The translations under genes were made by a program, and so were the position numbers. The notes below the pieces were generated by a model. That model saw nothing but the letters and a program-made list of their open reading frames with translations. It was not told where the DNA came from and made no database searches. From assembly GCA_023144635.1 (NCBI GenBank), contig JAGLFH010000010.1:161-64160 (forward strand): DNA of 64,000 nucleotides, written 5' to 3'. Shown piece after piece: positions 48,741 through 58,300 of this stretch. This DNA is from Candidatus Auribacterota bacterium. GTDB taxonomy: Bacteria; Auribacterota; JAFGBW01; JAFGJP01. Each line of letters begins with the position of its first letter. Positions within the stretch are counted from its first letter, which is position 1.

Positions 48741-48840
48741 GTGTGTCTTTGTGGCTAGAAAACAGTTATAAGTCATAAGCTGTAAGTTGTAAGCAGGAAA
48801 CCAAAAACCTCTTTTTAAATTCGTGTCCCTTCGTGTTCTT
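48741..48840 (+). repeat. Composite intergenic repeat (GTGGCTAG / CAGYTATAAGTCRTAAGCWGTAAGTT / ACCTCTTTT / TCGTGTCCCTTCGTGTTCTT), copy 1
   Basis: Aligns with 54836-54920 and 60246-60330. A shorter TAAG module occurs at 19685-19715 and in inverted orientation at 62735-62766. Confidence 0.75.
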
Positions 48841-48845
48841 ATTTA

Positions 48846-48870
48846 TCCTGAGCGTAGTCGAAGGAGTGGC
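48846..48870. repeat. Short dispersed repeat TCCTGAGCRWAGTCGAAGGAGYGGC
   Basis: Copies at 48846-48870, 60081-60106 and 63052-63077. An inverted variant TCCTTCGACAAGCTCAGGA lies at 48961-48979. Confidence 0.7.
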
Positions 48871-49171
48871 AAACTTCTTTTCTCTGTCTTTTCTTTATCT
48901 GTGTGTATCTGTGGCTAATAAGTCGTTTTGCGTGGTGAGTAGTGCGTCGTGCGTGAAATGTCCTTCGACAAGCTCAGGATTGAAAAACGCTCCGCTTATA
49001 TTTTATATTTTCTTCTTGAAAGTTATTGTTGTTGAAAGTAATATCTTTAAAGGTCGGGGATGGTATGGTTGTATAAATATTCTAAACTAATTTATTTAAG
49101 TAAAAATCTGCCACAGAATTAATGTATTTATTTGATTTAAATATCCACTAACAAAATGAGGGATATCTTCC

Positions 49172-50089
49172 ATGATAAAGAACAAATATGTTTTTTTCTG
49201 TTTATTTCTTCTGATGTGTTTGATGCTGCAAGCATGTTCGTCCATGACAGACTATGTTATCAGGCCGCAAACTCTTCATAAAAAAGCACCACATGCTGAG
49301 ATCAGGCTTAACAATAAGAGTTCTACTAATGGGCAAATTGTTAAAATATCTACGTCAAATATTTCAAAGAAGCTTTCTGAGTGGGAAACATTCATTAGTG
49401 ACGATTCTACTGGAAAAACTGTTGCAAAAATGACTTATTCTCTTACACCTTGGGGTATGATAACTAACCTCTGCGCCGGTAAAGGACCTTTGGGCGAAAC
49501 TGTTTACCATGTCCCAGCAGGTCATGTAAAAATTCTGGTGTTTAATTATCACAACAGAATCGTAAAAACAAGCACTACAGCATTTGATCAGGCAAAAAGA
49601 TTAGATAACTTTCAAAGAAAAGTCGATAACCAAAAAGGTAAGGACACTGATTTTAATAATTCAACAGCACCTAAAAAGAAATATTTCATAGAATATTCAC
49701 ATTGGGGTACAGTACTCACAGCACAGTTGGAACCGGACCAAACATACACACTATCCACACAAGAATTCCCGACAATAAAAACCGATGATAATAAAATATT
49801 TGTTTACACCTCATTACTTGATAAAAAGGGGCGTAATGTTGCTTCTAAATATATCCTTCTTACTCCGCTTGATGAGATAAACATGAAAAACGTTACTACT
49901 GAAGTAAGCGACTTAGATTTGGATCAGTCATCAGGACCTCAAGGTGTTACCATGGCAAGTGAGCTTATGCCTGTCATAGCTAAACATTTTGAGGAGTATG
50001 GTCAATTTACAAACGATGTTAATTCGGGGATGTATGATGCCATTATGTCTGCAGATAGTAGAAATAACCAGAGATCAAATGATCAATAA
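49172..50089 (+). CDS. Lipoprotein, function unknown
   Basis: Lipobox-like LMLQAC at the end of the signal peptide. No recognisable domain. Confidence 0.6.
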   Translation: MIKNKYVFFCLFLLMCLMLQACSSMTDYVIRPQTLHKKAPHAEIRLNNKSSTNGQIVKISTSNISKKLSEWETFISDDSTGKTVAKMTYSLTPWGMITNLCAGKGPLGETVYHVPAGHVKILVFNYHNRIVKTSTTAFDQAKRLDNFQRKVDNQKGKDTDFNNSTAPKKKYFIEYSHWGTVLTAQLEPDQTYTLSTQEFPTIKTDDNKIFVYTSLLDKKGRNVASKYILLTPLDEINMKNVTTEVSDLDLDQSSGPQGVTMASELMPVIAKHFEEYGQFTNDVNSGMYDAIMSADSRNNQRSNDQ

Positions 50090-50123
50090 AAAAACAGTTT
50101 AATTTTATCTAAAGGGTGGATAC

Positions 50124-50720
50124 ATGAAGAAAAGAAATAGCTTTATTATGATTATATTATTCCTTTTAAGCTTTGTTTTTAGCGGCTGTGCAAGCCTTGA
50201 CTACCGCAAGCCGCTCAATTCATCAATACAGCCAAAAGCAAGTAAAAGCTATTTATATGGAAGATTTTTTCTCCAAAGGGATTTTATGAACAAATGGCGT
50301 CTTGCTTTACGGTTTGAGAACATCACTAATGGTAACATCATAAGTATTAGACTGCTTAATGAAAAACCTGTGTATGCTGTTGAGATAGATCCAGGCACAT
50401 ACCGCTTAAAAGATATTGTTTATGCACCGCTTGGTGCCATGATGGATTTTGAGATCACGAAGTTGACCGTACCTAGTGAACCGGCGTATCTGCATAATAG
50501 CATTACTGTTGAGCCGGGAAAAATTTATTATCTTGGAGATTTTTCCGGTTCAAGCCGCCGAGTTGGTTTTGGAACAGGCGTGTCGGGGGACGCATTTGCA
50601 GTTTGTGTGTTATTTAAGGGCGGTTTGGTAGGTGTTGAGCAGAACTTTTCGACTACTACAGAAGAAATAAAACGTTTGTTACCGCAACTGACTGATCTTG
50701 AATTTAATCCTGCATGGTGA
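50124..50720 (+). CDS. Lipoprotein, function unknown
   Basis: Lipobox VFSGC after the signal peptide. 198 aa, beta-rich. Confidence 0.6.
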   Translation: MKKRNSFIMIILFLLSFVFSGCASLDYRKPLNSSIQPKASKSYLYGRFFLQRDFMNKWRLALRFENITNGNIISIRLLNEKPVYAVEIDPGTYRLKDIVYAPLGAMMDFEITKLTVPSEPAYLHNSITVEPGKIYYLGDFSGSSRRVGFGTGVSGDAFAVCVLFKGGLVGVEQNFSTTTEEIKRLLPQLTDLEFNPAW

Positions 50721-50845
50721 TGAAAAAACGCGGAACGAATAGAAAAATTAATGGATAGTTTTAAGTTCTTGTAATGTAGTCGTGTAGTAGGGGTATTAGA
50801 TTAATATATTAAAAATCTTTAAATTTTTAATAATGGAGGAAACAA

Positions 50846-51814
50846 ATGAGTAAAAGAGCAGTAGTAATAATTATTCTTTTTATCTTTCTTTCAATCGATG
50901 CAGCGATACCAGCCTATGCAGCCACCAATAAGGAGGTTATATATAATTTTGAGATCAAGCTTTCGATAGAAGAAAGAGAGAAGTATAAAGGAGTGGTAAT
51001 AGGAAAGTTATATTTTATAAAAATGGAAATAACCAACTTAACAGACAAAAAATATCATATTGGCAAATATTTTCGAACTCTTATGACTTTAGATGAATCA
51101 AACTGGAGTCAATTTTCAATGGCTGCTTCTGGTCCAACTAATTTGAACTTGGACGATATAAGCTACCTAAAGTATGGTTATGGAGCTAATTCAATTGCCC
51201 AAAAGGGAGAAGATAAACAAAGTATTGTTATCCATATAGGTAACATGAACGATATTATACATGATTCTAGTCCTAAAAGTCAAAAAATAGCACTTGAGAA
51301 ATGGTGGCCTGAGTATCTTCTTCCGAAAAGCTCTGTGACTATAACATGGCCAACCTTTTGGTTTACTGATAGTGCTGACAAGCCACAATTTATGACCACC
51401 CCCTCTTTCTCTTTTGATCAGGAAAAATATTACTGTTGGGTTAATTTTATAAATAATGAAACCAGAGAAATAGTAGTTACCGCGGAAAACTTGCTTAAGA
51501 TCCTCTCTAATACCTCAGAGCCTTTAGGTTTAAGAGCTGCTTCTATCATCTGGCTTTTGGAAGACGATATTAAGAATGAAAAGTCTCTTTTACCCTATAT
51601 AACAAACAAACAGACGCCTAAAGCATTGGCCTTCCGTGCCATTCAGGCTCTAATGGTTTGGGGATCACCGGAAATAATTGACGATGTTTTTTCATTATGG
51701 AAAGAGAGAAAGATATTACCCTTTTTAGATAAAGACATGAAAGATTATTTTACTTGGAGCTCTCATAACAAGACCAAAGAATATAATAAAAAAGTAGAAA
51801 TCGGCAATAGATAA
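50846..51814 (+). CDS. Secreted hypothetical protein (C-terminal helical, HEAT-like region)
   Basis: Signal peptide IILFIFLSIDAAIPAYA. No recognisable catalytic motif. Confidence 0.55.
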   Translation: MSKRAVVIIILFIFLSIDAAIPAYAATNKEVIYNFEIKLSIEEREKYKGVVIGKLYFIKMEITNLTDKKYHIGKYFRTLMTLDESNWSQFSMAASGPTNLNLDDISYLKYGYGANSIAQKGEDKQSIVIHIGNMNDIIHDSSPKSQKIALEKWWPEYLLPKSSVTITWPTFWFTDSADKPQFMTTPSFSFDQEKYYCWVNFINNETREIVVTAENLLKILSNTSEPLGLRAASIIWLLEDDIKNEKSLLPYITNKQTPKALAFRAIQALMVWGSPEIIDDVFSLWKERKILPFLDKDMKDYFTWSSHNKTKEYNKKVEIGNR

Positions 51815-51955
51815 TACTTAATATAGAGATTTTGAAAATTTAAGAAATTAATGATAAGCGCCATATAACCATGTGCTCAACCGGACGCAAAGTGGGTTTG
51901 ATTCGTTTTACCTCTTTACGCAGGTTAGCTCTTAGTTAGCCAAAAGGAGAGAAAA

Positions 51956-53536
51956 ATGGAATACTTTGAATCTGATGTGCCGTCAGGTGATGGTTTATGC
52001 TCAGACAATGCATGCCCGTGTCCGGAGGTCGTAATCCCGCGAGGAACAGGACATCTTTATATAGAACAGAGTATTGTTGATTTTCGTCGACAGTATCCAA
52101 CACTAGAATCTGCAAGAAGAGCAATGAAGGAAAAACAAAAACAGGCCAGTGCTAATTTAGGTGTAGCGGTAGGTGGTTTTTATAGACTTGGAGCTATTCT
52201 TGTTTGTGATCAGGGCGCAAAACGCCGGAACCTTGATATGGAAGTAGCAGCAGCTGATGCAAAAAAATGGTGGGAGGATGGAATGGTCCCGCTCCGCAAA
52301 ACACCAATGAAATCAGCTGAATCTCAAATAATTAATAAGTCAACAGGTTCTGGAAAAACAAAGGCCTGTGAGACAAAAGCAAAGATAAGTAACGGAAAGA
52401 AACAATTGACCAAGTCTATGACAGATGCTATTCGGGATAATATGGAGAACTATAAGCCAGAGTTAGATCTGAATATGAGTTGTCCCAAATGCGGGAAAAA
52501 ACCTTTACCTGAAAAAATGATGGGACATCTTTTTGCTGTAGGGTGTTCTACGATTGACTGTCAGCATTGTAATGCAGAAATACCGTTGGTTACTGATATG
52601 GATATACCTTGTTCATTATTTTCGACTAATCCGCTTGACGAGCTTGATCTGGAATCTAAGGATCTTGTTGAACTTGGAAAAGATATAAGTTTATCAAAAA
52701 ATTTGACATCAGAACTACTTAGTGATGTAGAGTGTCATGACACTTATCCTTCTATTCGTTTTGCTGATAATTTTTATGATGGTACTGACCGTAAGCAAAA
52801 GTTTCCTACGAAAATGATTAATTTTGCAGATCATCTTGATGTTATTTGTAATCTTAAAGCTTTGAAAATAGCTGTAGAAAAAGGGGACTCGCTTGCATCC
52901 GAGAAAACTTTCCAATGCTTTAACAGGTTAGCAACTCTTCTTTTATTATCGCAACTCAACCCTATTGAAGCTGAAGCATACAAAATTCCGAGTAAGATAG
53001 TTAATGAATGGGAAGGTTTATTGTGGACTGTAGCTTATTTGCGAATATCTCTTTCACAGGCTAACCAGATATTAAGTAAATCAACGAAGACTGAATTTTC
53101 GCAGGAAGAATTAAAGCAGACATTGATTGCAAAATCTCAAATACCGACAACCAATATTGATGCGATATGTGCTCTGGATGTCCGCAGAAAGATCCTTGAG
53201 ATGACCGAATATTTTTTTTCTGCTCGATTTTTGACAGTGCTGAAAGAAAGGCGTTTGACCAAGGGTGGTTACGAAGCATACAAAATTGCCGAGTGTATTA
53301 AAAATGCATTTCAAACAATGGGTATTAATGATGTCATGATGGGGAAGTGTATGAATATTAACGTAGTGCAAAACGATTCAGTCGGCAATGACAACATTCT
53401 GAAAAATGCTGCGCTGATTCATTTACACTACCGTAAAGTAGAAGTTGATATGAAAGATTTTCGGGTTTTTGGAATTGGAAAATTATCGCCGAATAGCCCA
53501 TCCTTGATCGATTGGCTTAAAAATATATTTTCTTAA
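51956..53536 (+). CDS. Cytoplasmic hypothetical protein with an N-terminal Cys cluster and an internal zinc-ribbon-like CxxC...CxxC
   Basis: CSDNACPCPEVVIPRG near the N-terminus. CPKCGKKPLP...CSTIDCQHCNAEIP mid-protein. Good RBS (GGAGAG). Visibly higher GC than its surroundings. Confidence 0.6.
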   Translation: MEYFESDVPSGDGLCSDNACPCPEVVIPRGTGHLYIEQSIVDFRRQYPTLESARRAMKEKQKQASANLGVAVGGFYRLGAILVCDQGAKRRNLDMEVAAADAKKWWEDGMVPLRKTPMKSAESQIINKSTGSGKTKACETKAKISNGKKQLTKSMTDAIRDNMENYKPELDLNMSCPKCGKKPLPEKMMGHLFAVGCSTIDCQHCNAEIPLVTDMDIPCSLFSTNPLDELDLESKDLVELGKDISLSKNLTSELLSDVECHDTYPSIRFADNFYDGTDRKQKFPTKMINFADHLDVICNLKALKIAVEKGDSLASEKTFQCFNRLATLLLLSQLNPIEAEAYKIPSKIVNEWEGLLWTVAYLRISLSQANQILSKSTKTEFSQEELKQTLIAKSQIPTTNIDAICALDVRRKILEMTEYFFSARFLTVLKERRLTKGGYEAYKIAECIKNAFQTMGINDVMMGKCMNINVVQNDSVGNDNILKNAALIHLHYRKVEVDMKDFRVFGIGKLSPNSPSLIDWLKNIFS

Positions 53537-53650
53537 GGTTATAGGTGAAACTGAGTACTTCAAGAAGCTTAGTGTAGACTGGAGTCGAAGGGAATTAAAA
53601 AATTAGATTGAAGAAAATAGGATTAATAACAAAAAAACGAGGAGAACACT

Positions 53651-54010
53651 ATGAGCAAGAGAACAACTATACAATTTAATTATGATGGAGACATATGGTC
53701 AATTGTCGATAAATGGGCGACTGAGAATGGTTATCGACAGAAAGAATCTTCTGGTGCAGAACGAATCTACCAAAAAGGTGTTGGATTTCTCGTAGCACCT
53801 ATGATGCTAAAGTTAAAAAGTAACAATTCGGATACGACACTTGAGGCTTGGATTAGAGCAAATCTATTTGTCCGGATAATGTCGCTGTTCATTCTTCCTT
53901 CCGAGATGGGAATTGAGTCAGGCGGTTTTAAGGCTATTGCCCCCAGAAATATCGCACGAAAGGCTGTTAACAAATTGCTTAGTCAATTAGAACAAACACC
54001 TATTTCATGA
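53651..54010 (+). CDS. Small hypothetical protein (one or two hydrophobic segments)
   Basis: 119-aa ORF with a GGAGAA RBS. Lies in the same GC-richer block as 51956-53536. Confidence 0.5.
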   Translation: MSKRTTIQFNYDGDIWSIVDKWATENGYRQKESSGAERIYQKGVGFLVAPMMLKLKSNNSDTTLEAWIRANLFVRIMSLFILPSEMGIESGGFKAIAPRNIARKAVNKLLSQLEQTPIS

Positions 54011-54206
54011 CAAAATAACTGATGGAAGCTACAAACAAGATGCTGTACCTGACGGCAAAAAAGTGCGGATGTTACCTCTCTTCCAGCCTTTGCCTTCAGT
54101 CTATGCACAAGGCTTGGTCTAGGCAGGTCGTTCTGGGCAGTTGAACTCAAACGTTAAGCTGATCGCGGACAGTCGGTTTAACAGGTATAAAAAAAGGATT
54201 AAGATT

Positions 54207-54776
54207 ATGAAAAGGCAATTAATTCTTACTCTCATTGGTATCTGTCAGTGTTTTTTAGTAATATCTTGCCAAAGTCAACCAGAAACGTTCGATGCTTGGT
54301 ATAATAAAATAAACGACTATCTAAATGAAACATATGTAAAATCTGTGGAATTAGAAGATAGAATTTCCTCAGTAACAATTCTGTCAGGAATAGCTACTGA
54401 TTGGTCCAAAGAACTACCGCTGAAAAGAAAACAATTTATTTCAGAACAAAAAGGTATATTAAATGACACGCTAAAAATAGTTAAAAAAACTAAACCACCT
54501 AAGGATTTTAAAGTATTTCATGAACGAATATTAATAAATCTTGAATACCGGAAACAATCTCTAGAGGCTATGGAAAATAGAAATCCATTATATATGCTAC
54601 ATTTAGCTGCATCTGGAAATGATCATTTAAAAATGGCTTTATATGAACTAGAAAATATATTTGTCCAACATGGTGCGGCTGAAAAAAAAACATCAGAACT
54701 TAATACAAAAATTGAAACACTTAAAAAACATAATGAACTTCTAGGTAATATATGGGTAGCAGCAATGTCTAAATAA
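54207..54776 (+). CDS. Lipoprotein, function unknown
   Basis: MKRQLILTLIGICQCFLVISCQ (lipobox-like ISC). The ATG at 54207 is preferred to the TTG at 54141. Confidence 0.55.
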   Translation: MKRQLILTLIGICQCFLVISCQSQPETFDAWYNKINDYLNETYVKSVELEDRISSVTILSGIATDWSKELPLKRKQFISEQKGILNDTLKIVKKTKPPKDFKVFHERILINLEYRKQSLEAMENRNPLYMLHLAASGNDHLKMALYELENIFVQHGAAEKKTSELNTKIETLKKHNELLGNIWVAAMSK

Positions 54777-54835
54777 TTTTTTGCTTAATATTTAACAACT
54801 TCATTCAGGCAAACGTGTGCGAGAATTGTGCTATT

Positions 54836-54962
54836 AAAAGCAGCTATAAGTCATAAGCAGTAAGTTATAAAAAAAACAGAACCTCTTTTATTTTTTTTGT
54901 GTTATTTCGTGTTCTTAGTGGCTAGATATATAATGATCGCGCGTTTGCGCTCATTTAATTTC
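54836..54962 (+). repeat. Composite intergenic repeat, copy 2; left direct repeat bracketing the riboswitch-adhesin module, with a copy of the UDG gene 3' end
   Basis: Aligns over ~125 nt with 60246-60375. The segment TTCGTGTTCTTAGTGGCTAGATATATAATGATCGCGCGTT(T/A)GCGCTCATTTAATTT is nearly identical in both copies. Confidence 0.75.
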
Positions 54963-55010
54963 GCGAAATAGGGACGGAGTCAACTTAAGGCCATAATCTA
55001 TCCTTTAATT

Positions 55011-55195
55011 GCTTGACAAAACCAATGCAATTAACTTAACACTAAATCTTTCTAACTCACATGAAATCAGTAAATGTTTGTAGTAAATTGTCAATTATAT
55101 AGACATAAATATGTAATAATATATCTTGCTACATCTACAATATAAAGAAAAAAGCTTCGTATGCATTACGCATATTGAATAAAATGTGTTATAAT
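55011..55195 (+). promoter_or_regulatory. Conserved upstream regulatory module plus extended -10 promoter (copy 2 of 2)
   Basis: GCTTGACA...TTTCTAACTCACATGAAATCAGTAAATGTTTG...AAATTGTCAAT and TGTGTTATAAT (TATAAT at 55190-55195) align with 19876-20058. Confidence 0.6.
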
Positions 55196-55225
55196 ATATA
55201 AAAATTAACATTATAATAGATGATA

Positions 55226-55290
55226 AATGGGCAACTCAGTATTTAACTGAGGCGCAAAGCCACGGGGCAATATGTCAGCCGGGCTGCAAA
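55226..55290 (+). promoter_or_regulatory. c-di-GMP-I (GEMM-I) riboswitch aptamer, copy 2
   Basis: AAUGGGCAACUCAGUAUUUAACUGAGGCGCAAAGCCACGGGGCAAUAUGUCAGCCGGGCUGC. Identical to copy 1 except for compensatory changes in the first hairpin (UUCAGU/ACUGGA becomes CUCAGU/ACUGAG). Confidence 0.8.
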
Positions 55291-55313
55291 TAAAAAGCAG
55301 TTCGGTTTTTTTT
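55279..55313 (+). terminator. Intrinsic terminator forming the riboswitch expression platform, copy 2
   Basis: CCGGGCUGC (55279-87) / GCAGUUCGG (55297-305) followed by U8 (55306-13). Confidence 0.8.
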
Positions 55314-55338
55314 ATATATTTAAATATGGAGGTAGGTT

Positions 55339-58300
55339 TTGAAAAAGAAAAAATTTAAACTGTTACTATTAACTCTACTATTTTTATTTATCTCTCCTTC
55401 CGGCTATGCCGGAACAGATGGTTATGATATTACTATAACACCATCAAAAGACACCTATAATATTGAAGAAACAGCAGTCTTTGAAGTTACCATAACAAAA
55501 GAAAGCAACCCGGCTAATTTAAAAGCATTGGACATCGTTGCCAGATTTGAGAATGATTACATATTTCCAATAGGGCTAAAAGAGGGTACAGAGAATGTAC
55601 TGCTTTTCGAAATTCCAATAATTTCCAAACACAATCCAGTTATATCGACTATTGATATCTCAAGTGTTATCCCAAGCAAACTTTACAATAAAACAGATAT
55701 AGATTCTGGGGAAGTCAGCCCAATTTTAAATGTAGATCCAATCGAATCTATCATTACAGCAAATTTTATATCTGGAGAACAGATCACAGGATGCGGCAAT
55801 CATACTTTGGAGGTATCTGCTCGGGCACCATCAATGGAACAAACATTTACAATTATTATTTATCATCACAACAGAAAATATATGATGGAACTCCTCAAAC
55901 AGGCAAAGGATTCAGGAGACACAGAAACCGTAGCAAAAATTAAGGAGTATATAAAAAATGACCAGCAGGGAAGTATGTGGGATTGGGAAAACCCTGAAGA
56001 GACAACAGATGTCTATGGAGACATTTTAACAGCTACAAATGATATTATATTGACGCTTGGAAAAGAGATCTTAGCAAAAAATACCGTTGTTAGTATATTG
56101 GGACATGTATCCAAGAAAGCTGTTTCTTTCAGTATAGATACAATACCACCTGAAATAAATATAACTGTTCCATCGAATGGTTTAGGAACAACAGAAGATA
56201 CGGTTGATGTTATCGGAACAGTGAGCGAAGATACAGAAAAAGTGACTGTAAATGGAATTACTGCAAACCTGATAGTCCCAAATTTTGATTTACCTGATCT
56301 GACTCTATCCGAGGGTGATAACATTATCACAGTTAATGCTGCTGATTTTGCAGGCAATACATCAGAAAAAGCAATAACAGTAACAAAAGCAACATCTGAA
56401 CCAGTCGATAGTGACGGAGATGGGCTGACAGACCAGGAGGAACTTAGCCTTGGATTAGATCCCGAAAATTGGAACACAGATGATGACAGAATAGGTGATG
56501 GCGAAGAAATAAAGCTAGGATGCGACCCTCTAAAAAAAGATACTGATGGTGACGGAGTCAGTGACGGGGATGAAGTATTCGATCATGGCAGTGATCCAAC
56601 GAAAACAGATACGGATGAAGATGGTATTCCAGACAAAGATGAAATAGAAATTTATGGAAGCAATCCTAATTCTTTAGATAGTGATAATGATAGTATTCCT
56701 GATAACGAAGAAATAACAATTCATGGGACTTCTCCCTCAAGCAAAGACACAGATCAGGATGGTTTATCAGACAACGATGAATTAAACATTCACGGAACAA
56801 ACCCTCGCAAAAAAGATACCGATGAAGACGGGGCAGAGGATCTTCAAGAAATCGTCTTTGGCTCTAACCCATTAGTTCCGGACGCAACAGATAACGTTTT
56901 GCCTTTAACAATAAATTTTAAAGATTTAATAATAACAACTTCTGCTAATTCCATTCACATGGAATTTAGTACAGAAGAAAATGTAAAAACTCATATTGTA
57001 TATGGCCCACAACAATTCTATTCCAATTCATACATAGAAAGTGCTTTTAGCACACAGCACCAAATTAACCTATCAGGATTAAATCCTGACACATTTTATC
57101 ATTATTATATTTCACTTGAGCGAGAAGATGGTACTTTTGTAAATACATTCCCAAGAATGATAAAAACAGATCTTTTTATAGATGATTACACTCCGCCCCA
57201 AATTACAATAATTTACCCGGAAGATGGAATCACAACGTGTTCTGCGATATTAAATGTTGTAGGAACAGTAGATGATGTTTCAGCTAATATTACTGTAAAC
57301 GGAATAAAAGCTGTTAAACTTGGAACTGAAACATGGCACGTTACAGTCGAGGTAACATCGGGCTGGAACAATCTTAATATTGTTGCAGAGGACATCTATG
57401 GAAACACAGACTCTCAGTTAATAAGCATACAATACACAACGGATCCACCTGCTAAGATAACCTCCTCAAATATACCTGATGGAATCACAAACAATATTCC
57501 AGAACGATTTTCAGGTACATGGGAAGGAACTGATGCCAAAATATTAATAAACGGAAAGCAATGCACTGTCTATACAGATGGAACATGGATCGGCCCGGAA
57601 AACATAACTGATGTTCAAGCAGAAGCATTAGGAATCACTGAAGGATCACTAGAACATTTAATTATCAATATGGAATATACTATATTACATATTGAAGTAA
57701 GCGATGATGGTTCACCTGTTGTAAAACTAAGCAATACAGAAGGAGCTGGCGGAGGTTCTTCTCAAAAAAATGAAGATCTTAAAGTATTAAAATTTCAGAT
57801 ATCTCCTTCAGGCTGCACCATAACAAACTTATATCATGATGAAAATTATGCTTCAAGATCAGTGATACCTTTCTGGACTCCTTCACCAATTTCTCCCCAA
57901 GATTATTCGAAGTCAAGAGCAACTTATTCTATAAATCCACAATATGACCCTGAAGATGAAGCCAGCAAGAGATACAACGCTGTTTGGGCTATTACACAAC
58001 CGGAACCTAAAGTCGTTATAAAGGAAACAAACGACATACCTTATTCGTATAGTGATTATTACTCTTGCTTGTTATATCGGAAGGCTAGCGACGAGGGCAA
58101 TAGCTTCACCCCATATTTATTTCCAGTAACAAACAAGTCTGATACAAATAATTTTAAAATAAAATTTAAAAACGTTACTGACACAGATCTGCAGGATTAT
58201 GAAGCTGTTATAGTGTTCAGAAACTGCGGCTTTGGGGGTGTCAATTTCGGAATGCATGATGGTTTCCACTGGCCGACGTATAAAGCACTCACATCCGTTC

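Noticed and set aside
48833-49090. 85-aa ORF in the 660-bp spacer (similar cases at 40814-41014, 63204-63395 and 59927-60130)
   Set aside because: The translations (…LSVVEGVANFF…, …VLSKVEGAANK…) come from the TCCTGAGC..GTCGAAGGAG repeat family. They have no RBS and no coding-like composition.
51861-51935. Integron attC-like site (ATAAC...GCTCAACCGGACGC...GGTTAGC resembles the start of classical 59-base elements such as aadA attC)
   Set aside because: The expected L''/L' and R''/R' complementarity is poor. Only a short TCAACC/GGTTTGA hairpin forms, and the spacing is asymmetric. No intI gene or attI site is in the window. I kept it only as a flanking repeat of the GC-rich insert.
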